DNA of 64,000 nt from the NCBI GenBank assembly GCA_015680685.1, contig MNCI01000651.1, positions 1,350,603 to 1,414,602 on the forward strand, written 5' to 3'. Made by a program: the position numbers and the translations under genes. Below, piece by piece: positions 13,519 through 23,800 of the stretch (positions are counted from its first letter, which is position 1; every line of letters starts with the position of its first letter). The stretch is from Gnetum montanum. Taxonomy: Eukaryota > Plantae > Gnetophyta. The notes beneath the pieces were generated by a model. That model was not told the DNA's origin. It did not search any database and was given only the letters and a program-made list of their open reading frames with translations.

Positions 13519-13924
13519 TGTTGGAAAAGTGAAGACAAATACGTTACTATTATTTGTCGTATTTCTTCTTATGTTTTTAAAAGAATGTTGCATTAAAAAA
13601 AAGGGGGGTCACTTTGTAAAGTGATGTTTATGTGGGGATGTGTTTTATCCTACATGAGTTAGGATTGGGGTTTGGTCCTAATGTTTCCTTATAAATAGAA
13701 GGCTAAGGGTACCCTTTATATGTGTGTGTTTTTGATGCGGAAGTATTGTCTCAAGGTTTTACCTTAGAAACATGAGTCTTGTAGATGTTGATCTGAGATC
13801 TGTTGGAGTAATAAATTGGGTGCTTGGGAAAGCTATAAAGACGGCCTGTGTCCTTAAGATTTGAGCAGAATAAAAGGCAAATCAGCATTGTCATGAAGTG
13901 GAACTCTTGTTTTCAATCATAACA
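13519..13924 (+). repeat. 3' LTR of the copia element
   Basis: Purine tract AAGGAGAG (13509-13516) then TGTTGG; TGTT...AACA inverted termini. An alternative start at 13615 is possible. Confidence 0.8.
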
Positions 13925-14573
13925 TACAGTGCCCTCAGTTTCTAGGTTATAGATTTGCATATTTTCTACAAAACTTCCAGCACCTGGTTCCAAGCCAGGT
14001 AATTTTCCACAACTCAACTTCCAACATTTTGTTTGTAAAAGCATTTTACATATTTAAGGCATCACTGATCAAAAAATTTCTAAATTCTAAGGCATCATTG
14101 ATCAAAAAATTTCCCTGTAAAATTCTGCACCAATCAAGTTCAGCGTTTCTCATGGTGATTTGATTAAACTTTCCAAATTTAGCTATCTTCCTACAAGACC
14201 TTCAATGGTCTACCAGCTTTAAGCATATCCATTTTAGTGGATAAACATTTTATAATTTAATGGGCAAGGTCATCAGCTTCAGTTTAATTAGACCTAAAAA
14301 GTTGAAACCCCAAAAGGTTTCATAACACATTTGGTATGTTAAGCCATTTGGCAACTCGCTATTTTAAATGTTAAATTCAAGATATCATCCAATCGTCATA
14401 AGACAAAGCAAGTATTAGCAATTCCCGTAAATTGGGTGACCATGTTCTATTTTGAGAGCTATGCTATTTAGCAAATATTCAATTAATGTATATATGTTGA
14501 CAGTTGCTACTACCAGTACTAAAAATTGAAGTGCGCTAATTGCAACAAGAAGTGTGAGTATATGCATTCCTAC

Positions 14574-14633
14574 CCTCTTCATGGTATGGAGCTGGAAAGA
14601 ACTGTCGGTAACACAAGGCTGACACTATAAAGC
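14574..14633 (-). CDS. LPP: LPP coding exon 6
   Basis: (G)FIVSALCYRQFFPAPYHEE(G), matching CYxQFFPxPY. ATAACAG acceptor, GTAGG donor. No stop reached, so at least one more exon lies at a lower coordinate or outside the window. Confidence 0.92.
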
Positions 14634-14761
14634 CTGTTATCAAAAATGGCAACAATAAGCAAAATCAGCTGAACAAGTTGAATGTGCTCTTAAAAATCTC
14701 ATAAAAATAATAGTAATAATTGTCATCGTGACTGTTGTAGTTATCAACAGTGGGAGAATAC

Positions 14762-14950
14762 CTAAAAGGCCTCCTGCAAAAACATCTTGCCAATGGTGCC
14801 AATAATCATCTACACGTGAAACGCCAACCAAGGCAGCTACTAAAAGTGGAAAGAATACAATGCAGAGCTTTGCAGCATGGCCTCGACGATCGAACAAATT
14901 TATCTTCCCCGCCAGATACCATGAAAGATATCCCAACCCAGCAAAGCACC
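14762..14950 (-). CDS. LPP: LPP coding exon 5 (C3 motif SRxxxxxHxxxD)
   Basis: (G)[62 protein letters not shown](G); 189 nt, GTATT donor. Confidence 0.96.
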
Positions 14951-16204
14951 CTGCCACAAAAACCAGAAATTCAAAAGTTTGCCCCACTAGCAATAAACTT
15001 AGCTATCCAGATATTGTTTACAGTACTTTGCAACATAACAGATAGATGAAATACACTTATCAGGAACCTCCTTATAATAATATATCCAAGCATATAAGTA
15101 TGAAACGACAAAAATTGTTACATGTTAACCAACTGCAACTAAAAAATAGTTGGATTATAATAATTTCTTTTGAATCCAAAGAATAGCACTCCCTTTCACT
15201 GTTGTCATAACATTTCTGCTCCCCTGTGCAACCATGAAATATTTGCACTTTCAGTTTAAAATATTCTAATTTTTGACTGCTCTAATTTTTATTGTTCCTC
15301 TTTCTTAATTGGACTAACAAGAACATCAACCTTCATATTTTTCACCCACCCCCATTATTAAATAAAGCCAAGGAAACTTCTAGCCTCCCAGCTCATGAAT
15401 ATTATGTGCAAGTATTTTGAAACCACTTTTCATGTGAACTTTCACAGTACATGGGCTGTCTCTGGCAATTTTGATATACAGGATTTGAACTCTATAAATA
15501 TAGGTGCCACGTCCTTAGCATGTAAGCAAGGACCGTTCAGTTATAATTTCATTCGCACTCTTCTCATTGAACATGTTTGCAATTTCCTCCCCTGTTGTGC
15601 ACAATGTTAATTCTTGCGGTCTTTTTTTCAAGTTCTCACTCAGCAAAATGTGTTCACTCGTAGCTTAAGATTTTTTCAGCTACATTTGAGACTCTTTTGG
15701 CATCCTTGCTTATGGCTCAAAGATTCAATTTTCAAGTTCAAATTGGCTCCAATATTCAAGTGTTTACCTCAACAAGCACGAATGTAGATGATATCTTTGT
15801 TCACATCTCTACTCGTCTACTTATTTTACATGCATTTGATTGTCGTCGTGCTTTTTATCGTTATATGTACTGTTTTATTGGTTTGAGAATATCATAAGAA
15901 CTAAAGTTGTGATCTTCTTCTTACTTCCAATTATGTTCCTTTGTGTATCGTAGCTGGCAAACACCAACAAGTTTCCTAGGCCTCGGTGCCAACTACACAT
16001 TAAACCCAATTGTAACAAGATCAGAGTTAGGTGTTTCACTTGGTTATAAGGTCAGTTATTTAAATTTAATTTTTTTTGGCATATAGGTGACAAAAAACCT
16101 AGTACACTTGTTCATTTCATTTTATTTTATTTTTTGAGAAACCTTAGTAGATAGCTTATTTAAGCTTACAGTTGTAAACACCGGAGAAGGTTGGGTAACA
16201 CATC

Positions 16205-16292
16205 ATTGTTAGCCTAGTAGGAAGATTCTTAATCTAGAAGCTCCAAGTTATGGGTTCAATTCTTAGACACAATGCTGAGTTATAAAGTTTTA
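16205..16292 (+). mobile_element. Degenerate tRNA-derived SINE related to 1925-2025
   Basis: TGTTAGCCTAGTAGG (A-box-like; TGTTAGCCTAGT shared with the first copy) and GGGTTCAATTC (B-box-like) at similar spacing. Confidence 0.55.
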
Positions 16293-16595
16293 ATTTGACT
16301 ATAAACTAGCTTAGTTATATATTTATAATATATATTTATAATTTGGCCAAGAGAATCTTTAAAAAACTGAGTTGAATTTTAGTTCCTCTACTATATTGAA
16401 TATTATCCAAGTCACAATTTACTAGATTCAAAGTATTCCACAATAACTTTGGTCACATCACTATGATTGTATGATGAGAAGATAAATAATTCCATGTTTG
16501 GTACTAAATCTTGTGCTGCAAAATATTTCTAAATTCTCATGGTGTTGTTTTCCATGCATGCTCCCCTTGCCCTTCCCAATTTCATACTTGTGCAT

Positions 16596-17564
16596 TGCCA
16601 TACAAAGATGGAACAAGGGGGCTCCACCTCAATAGACCCCAACAGGACCCATTTCCCAACTTCCAAGCAAATCTAGCTTAGAAAACAAAAACAACACAAT
16701 GAAGTGGAGAAAATCCCCCTTATATTAAGAAAACTCTCAAAGTACAGAGAAAATACATTCAAGATGAAGAGCCAAACTCAACTCACAAGTCTCTCAAGGA
16801 TCTTAGAGGCCACACATGTCCCTTCTCAATCCCCAATTGCTCACCATGGAGTCAAAGCTCAAGACAAGATACTTATAAGAGATTCTCTCAACCTCTCTCA
16901 AGTGCTCTCCCTTGCCTCTCACTCAATTTCCTTACACAAGTTCTCTTCTTGCACAAGCTCTCCTTCCTCAAAAGCTCTCTCTCTTTCTCTTGGGTTAGGT
17001 CTCTTGGTGATACCAACAATGGTGATATACATCATTATTTATAGACAACCAAAAGACAAGAAACCTAGAAACCTTTCCTCAACTCACTTTGAAGTTCTTC
17101 AAATGTTTCCCCAATCTTCTCAACTTCTCCCCGGTTGTTTCCATCCTTTTCCATCTTGTTTTGGTTGTTTCCTATATTGTGATGGGTGTGTGATGGGTGT
17201 TTTTAGAAGTTTCCCCGGCCGTACAGATCATCTCTAACCTTCAGAAGATATCTTCTATGTTAGCCCAACTCTCGGGGTAGATGTCTTCTGTCATTGCAAG
17301 ATGTCTACTCCAACGTCAAGACATCTTGTGCAAGATGCCTCCTGCCTAGGGGAGAAGTCTCCCGTAAGACATCTTCTATACAGACAACGTCTCACCTAAG
17401 ACGTCACCCAAACTACAAGATGTCTCCTCTAATTTCTAGATGTCTCCTTCACATCTAGGTCTCAGCCAAAACATCTCCTAGCCTTCCAAGATGTCTTCTT
17501 CAAGCCTGAAACCTGCAAAACACACATGTAAGGCAAAACAAGGGGATCAGGAGAGGTCCTTACA
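16596..17564 (-). mobile_element. Solo-LTR-like repeat (family shared with 38985-39320 and 57701-58553)
   Basis: Shared blocks GACCCATT, GAGCCAA.CTC.ACTC, GGAG...CAAGACAAG...ATAAGAGATTC.CT.AACCTCTC; minus strand begins TGTAAGGACC at 17564. No TSD found. Confidence 0.65.
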
Positions 17565-18299
17565 CCAAAAGACATAAATATAGAAGCCACAAATTCACTT
17601 GAAGCAAATATGTTAGGGTTGTTACCAATAGGCTTTCCCTGAAATGTTATGGATGAAATATTATTTAGCATTACCAATCTATAACCGGTAGTTAGCCTCT
17701 TAGCCAAATCAATGAGGTATGAGGTATCTTTGGGAGAGAACTAGTGGGGCAAAGCATATCTGAGAAAAGAAGGCTACATAACTACACATCTATGAGAGAA
17801 GAAAACTTTTAGTCTTCTATTACCGAAACTGAAATCTTCCATATTTTCTATGGTTGAAATTCCTGGTTTGGTTACACCTTGATTGTTGTAATTTACTGAA
17901 AGCCAATTAATGATTTTGCATATCAATACCTCTTGTTATGCCTTTGCTTAATTTCTTGCAAAAACCTGGTGTCATTTTGGGGATTTAAACATTGTGTGAG
18001 ATATGTGTGGCTCTTAGGATTTATTTAATGAGGTTCCACACAGAGTGTGTAGCAAAAACAACAATTTTGGCAGCAGAACTTAAGAAAAGATGATGCAAAT
18101 TGATTGCAATGAATATAAAGGGCTAGAAGAGATGGAAATTAAACAACTAACAAAGAAATTAGGGTAGCACCATGGTTAAGCCAAAAAGGTAGAAAGATAA
18201 ATGGTAGGTTGGAATGACACTTTTCCATGGGTTTTGATCTTGATGCTTGTTGCAGTATTTATGAGAGTGCCTTGTTGCAATTACGTCTACAATTTAGAA

Positions 18300-18650
18300 A
18301 TGATTAGTGAATTTATCTATAACTTCATGATTATGATGGATTTGAGTTATGTCAATGACCATATCCTCATAATGTGTAGAATTCAGTGCTAATTTATGGA
18401 TTTACCTATGATTTCATGATTGTGATGATTTGAGTGGTCTTGATAACTACGTACTTATGATTTAGAAGATTTGCTCCTGGTCTGTAGAACTATCTATAAT
18501 TTCATAATTGTGATGGATTTAAGTGCCATAGATTATCATGTGTTCATGATTTGTAATATTTGGTGCTCATTAGTATATCTATTTAGGGTTTCATAATTGT
18601 GATAAATATCAGCAGTGTTGATGTGCTCATGACTTTTATGATGAATAGTG
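18300..18650. repeat. Degenerate tandem repeat, about 88 bp x 4
   Basis: TTCAT(G/A)ATT(A/G)TGAT recurs at about 18325, 18413, 18501 and 18590. Confidence 0.75.
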
Positions 18651-18859
18651 CTTTTTATAGCATTGGTTTTAAGTTGTGTTATGCATTGTTTGAGTGGTTT
18701 AAGAATTATTTGATTAGTGCTAGCTAAAAAACAGAAATGTGATGCAGGAGGTAGAAGTTTGAATTCCTACAAATTCATCACTAGTTTAGAATCTAAAATG
18801 AGTTGGTGACTAGTTAAATGACCTATGATTCTTGTCTATAATTGAATACCATTATCATC

Positions 18860-20636
18860 ATCATTGCCCGGTCTAGCTGGCGTTGTCACTGTGCCTCCTC
18901 CTCCTGTTCTTACTCGTGTTGGGCTCTTTCAACCACCTCGTGCTTTGTGTGAGCGGTCTCCTCCTACAGCAGCTCGTCCCTCACTTGGGCACGGATCTCG
19001 TCCACCAGACGGGCCCAGGCTGCATCCGCCAGAAGTGTTTGTTGCCTTATTCTCTCCTGCTCCCTTTCACAGAACTAGGTTTCCATCTCAGCCCAAGCTT
19101 GCGTGAGAGCTTCCTCCCATTTTGCCTCCCACTCTCGGTGCTCAACGTTGTGTGCCGCAGCTGCGGCCTCCTGTGCCACTTGCTGTAACGCCTCGTCCCT
19201 ACTTTTGTTGCGCCCCAAGGTTTCAGGCGGCACCGCCTCCGATTTCACCCTGGGGTTTGGGGGCCTCCATCCTCAATGTCTACGTCTTCTCCTCGTATAT
19301 GTAACTGCTGGCTGGGTCTACAGACTCTCCCGGGTGGCCGAAGATGTTGGGTCAGACAAGTGGCCTCCCCGCAAGGGGGCACTCTGCAGCCCTAATGGGT
19401 GTTGACCACCCACCCCCCCCCCCCCCCCCCCCNTCACTACTCCCTACCACAAGGCTAGAATGAGCCCGGAGCGGCAGCCTCGCCTCTACTATTGCAAGGT
19501 CACCAGAAAAAACCATGGCAGGTTAACCCTAAGTCTCATTTTAAGGCATTTGAGGAAGGCAAAGTGGATGCCTTGGAGTTTAGACCCGTTGCCAGACTGG
19601 ACAAAAAATCTGTCCACCAGATCCGCTGCTTGGGCCCAGATTCGGGGCAAGGAGGATTTGGGAACTTGTCTACTCTGTGTGTGTGGAACCAGCCCATTGA
19701 AGAAAATTTCTACGTCCTATAGCCCTCGTGCAAATGTCAAAATGACTTCGCCACCGGCCTGGGCCCCCAGACACCTGGCAATCGAAGCCTCAGTGACGAT
19801 GACCTCTACACCCCGAAAGTAGGTTTGGTCATTGTGCCAATTAGTGAAAAAAGCATCATCTAAAAGGTCCGGGTCACCAACTAGCCGTTGTAGGGCGCCA
19901 CTCCAGCCACACTACTCCACCATCAGCCACAACTCCTCATCTACTTGGAAAACAGCGTAGTTAGGCTCATACATCGACGTGACTCCCATCGCTACCTCAA
20001 TCTCTTTCCACGTAGTTACGGCCTAGGAAACCATGAGTTTGGANNNNNNNNNNNNNNNNNNNNNNNNNNNNNNNNNNNNNNNNNNNNNNNNNNNNNNNNA
20101 AGTCTGTGTTGCTGGAAAATTGTGTGATTTCTCGTCTTCCACACTACCCATAAAAGTAGCATGGCCCGAGAGTCGCCTATGAGATGCATTGGGGGGGCCA
20201 CACTTGAAGAACGCCATGTGGCACGCATGTAGGCACATTCGGAAATGAAGTGCTGCACAGTCTTGGGCATGGCACTACATAGAGGACAGGTGTCATCTAG
20301 GATGAGGCCTCGTCTACGTAAGAGCGCCCTAACAGGCAACGCGTCATTTCGAATTAACCACAAGAACACTTTAATTTTCTCGGGCAGCCACCCCTTCTAG
20401 ATCTGCCGCCAACCTAGCACCGAAGGGTACATGGCTACCATCAAGTGGCATGGCTCAAGCACCAACCACCCTTGTGCCTGCATTTCGCGCGCATGGCCAT
20501 AGAGCATCTGCTAGGGCTTCGAGTCTTGCGCCCCCGCCTCCCATCTTCTGTATTTTGCATTCATTATCCGGATCCACTAGGCCAGCTCCCTAAGTTGGCT
20601 CGTGAACCGGAGCAACAGGCACTGTTGTCCCATTGT
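18860..20636 (-). mobile_element. Extended-ORF2 LINE family, truncated copy 'F' (zf-RVT + extension)
   Basis: FLWLIRNDALPVR...CPLC...QHFISEC...WVVWKTRNHTIF, then AMGV...GW...FFTNWHNDQTYFRGVEVIVTEASIA, HFAFLKCLKMRLRVNLPWFFL...SGLILALW and a coiled-coil. CpG-rich. Confidence 0.9.
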
Positions 20637-20860
20637 CAATGTTTGTTGCTAACAAAATAAAATATTATTTTACTATTGAATAGATTTGAAATTATCTTTT
20701 TAAATGCTTCTTGCAACCAATGTAGCCAACTGTTTGGTTGAACAAATTTGTTGATGAACATCATGATATATTTTTTTTTATTGCTTGAGAAAATCAAAAT
20801 TTTTATTTTTAAATCAGAAAAATTCAAATATGTACACTGTATCAAAGAAATCTTGCATAG

Positions 20861-23800
20861 GTGGAAAAATGAGCACGAACAGGAACGAGAGTGAAGTGAG
20901 GGTGATTCTGGTGCAAAGGGTGAGGATGGGGTAGGTGTGGGCAGAGTGGGTAACGCAGGTGGGGATCATGGTGCTGCAGGTGCTACAGGAGCGGGGCAGG
21001 AGTCAACAGCGGACTCTACTTCAGGGGCAGCGGGAGGTGAGGCATCAGGTGTGGGATGTGTTGGTGGCGGTTTGAGGTTTGGGGGTCCTAGCAGGGCTCC
21101 TCCTCCTTGGTGCCCCAGGACTAGAGGTATCGAAGCATGCATTTGGAGGGAAGGTTCCATGCAATTGCAAGTCAAGGCCATTCCGAGTCAGGTGCTACGG
21201 ACCATGGAATTAAGTCTTATCGGAAAGTGTCTTGGCCAGCACTAGCCCTAAGCTGGATTTGGTCAAGAAGTGGGTGGCAGTGCAATGGTATTTTTGTCTT
21301 GTCATGGTTTGCAATCTCCCAGTTGATTTGCTATTGTTTATCTTCAAAACTATGTCAGATCAGGATAAAGTTCTTCTGGGGGGCCCTCGTTTTTCGGTGC
21401 CAAGGGATTGGCCCTCATCCACTGGTGCCCTAGTGCACATCGAGATCCGAATTTGTTTTCTAGGATGCCAGTGTGGATCCAAGTTTCTGGGATCCAGTGG
21501 GAGATGTGGACACCTGCCTTCCTACGGGCGATGGCAAGTCTCTTTGGAGAGTTCATTACATTTGATAGATCCATGGCATCCTTGGATAGAATGGGGTAGG
21601 GGGTTGGCCTCCCTTTCCTATTGGCTTTTTGAGACTATCGATACATCCATGTGGAGCATCACCATTTGGTTCCACCAAATAGGAATGTGGCTCACAAACT
21701 TTTATGTTGCACAGCAATGGGAGGAGTAGCTGAGGGAGCTATAGAGGATTGCTTTGTTAATCTTGGATTGGGGGAAGTGGATTCTAGTCGGGGACTTCAA
21801 TCAAAGCTTGTACCCATGGGATAAGTCTAATGAGGGAACCTTGGAGCCTCTTGGGGCATAGTCATTCCTACAATTTCTAGAAGCTGATGGCCTAGTGGAC
21901 ATGGACATCAAGGGTTGCCAATTCACATGGTGCAATTAAAGAAAAGGTAAGGACACAGTCATGACAAAGATTGACAAGATTTGGGTGGGCTTGGTCCTAT
22001 TGATGGCCCCCGGGTGACTATTTTGGGGAAGGAGTAGGTGGCCTCTAACCACAAGTCGTTGTTGTGCCAAGTAGGTCCCCTAGTGCACACGAGCTAACAC
22101 CGTTCCAATTTAAATGATTTTGGTTAGCTAAGCCTTGATTTAGATTGTTGGTGGAGAAAATTTGGAAGGACTAACCCTCCCCCACTAATGCTAGGGATTT
22201 TCTTAAGCAAGGGCTCACTTTGCTGAAATAGAGCATTAGGGCATTGAAGTTGGAGGATAAATTTTCCTTTAGGTCCTAGTGTGGGTTGTTGCTAGAGCAC
22301 TTAGAGGTGATTCAAGCAACACAGGAGTGGAGATAGGACCGTGACAATAACGAGGGGGCAGTGCTTGCGGAACTCCAAAATCTAGATGTTGAGGAGGAAA
22401 CCTATTGAAGGCAACAAGGGCATGCGCGCTAGCACCTAGAGGAGGATAGGAATACTCATTTTTTCTTCGCTAATGCCAATTCGGTGCAGGTTTCCAAATA
22501 GATTCATAGAATTAATGTTGCAAGTGCTACAGTGGAGGGGGAACATGAAGTTGCCTATGCACTAATGGCTTATTGGTCGGGTATTTGGCAACAGAAGGAG
22601 ATTGTGCCTCTCTCTATTGATATTGGGCGAATCCTAAATGAAGCTGATAATCGACAGTTGTTAGCCCCGTTTAACCGGGAAGAATTAGTGGAGGGTCTTG
22701 CTTCTATGAAAGGGGGGAGGGCACCTAGTCCTAGTTGGCCTCTAGAATTTTCCCGAGCTTTCATTGATGTTCTGGGGGATAATTTATTGGATGCCTTTAA
22801 CACCATGTTGCATTGGAGGCAGGTCTGGCGGGAGATCAATTGCTCTCAATTGGTGCTTATCCCCAAGATGGCTAATCCAATGACTCCCGCTCATTTCTAG
22901 CTGATTGGGATGTGCAACACTCTGCTTCACCTATTTACAAAAATGCTGAGGGCTCGGATGGGGCCCATGATGCCACGTTTAATTGGGCAGCAATAGGCCA
23001 AATTCGTCAAGGGTAGGTTCATTCAAGACAAGATCATTCTAGTGTAGGAAGTGATGCACTCGTGGAAAGCAACCAAATACCCATGTGCCTCAAACTTGAT
23101 ATTACCAAAGCATATGACACAATGTCTTGGAGTGCCCTCAAGGATATAATGCTACGAAAAGGTTTCCACCCGAACTTTGTGGATCTTTGCATACATATTC
23201 AAATGTTGGGGGCCTTCTCACTAGATTTGGAGGGGCAGCTTTGGGGGTCCTCCTCCCCTGGCAGAGGGTTACATCAGGGGGATCCCCTTTCATGGTATCT
23301 ATTTATCATTGTCATGGACACAATGCAGGCCTATTGCACGCTGGAGGGTGTGAGGTCTAGATATTGGAGGTGTCAGTTGCCTGGTTGAACATTATGTTGA
23401 TGATACCATTTTGTTTTCTTAGGCAGCGATGTCTCAAACATTGGCGATCAATAGGATGCTGCAATGTATGGCTAAAGAGACCGGATTGGAGATCAATCGG
23501 GGTAAGTCAGTGGTTCATCTGCGAAATACATATGCCAAGATTCAAGGTCGGATTGTGTATATCTTGGGGATCTTACCAAGATCCATTAAAGACACTTATC
23601 TTGGGTTACCTCTGTATGATTGCCATTGGCAGCATGTGTGGGGTAGTCTCCTTCGGCAGCTGCAATATAAGATTGGTTATTGGATGGCTTGGTTCTTAAC
23701 TCCAAATGGGAGGTCCCTATTGGCTACATCGGCTCTTTTGGATATTACTCGTACATGGCTTTGGCTGCTTCTCCCCCGACAAACATCATACAAAAAGTTG

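Larger units (their letters stand above)
9172..13924 (+). mobile_element. Near-complete, inactivated Ty1/copia LTR retrotransposon (Tork/Tnt1-like)
   Basis: LTR homology 9172-9481 vs 13615-13924; PBS TGGTATTAGAGCC (tRNA-iMet) 9484-9496; gag with CWFCKKKDHLKKDC, protease DSSAS, integrase LVYSDVCGP/DNGREY/ENGVVE, RT ARLVVKGY/LYVDDM, RNase H RTKHIDV ending near 13467; many stops. Confidence 0.96.

Noticed and set aside
13596-13615. A/G run as the copia PPT
   Set aside because: A better PPT plus TGTT terminus matching the AACA end lies at 13509-13522. Not fully excluded.
14640-14993. 117-aa ORF as a standalone gene
   Set aside because: It is LPP exon 5 plus intron read-through on both sides.
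16704-17237. 177-aa ORF (also 40414-40881 and 25549-26064)
   Set aside because: Chance ORFs in LTR, element-interior or LINE 3'UTR sequence; no recognisable motifs.
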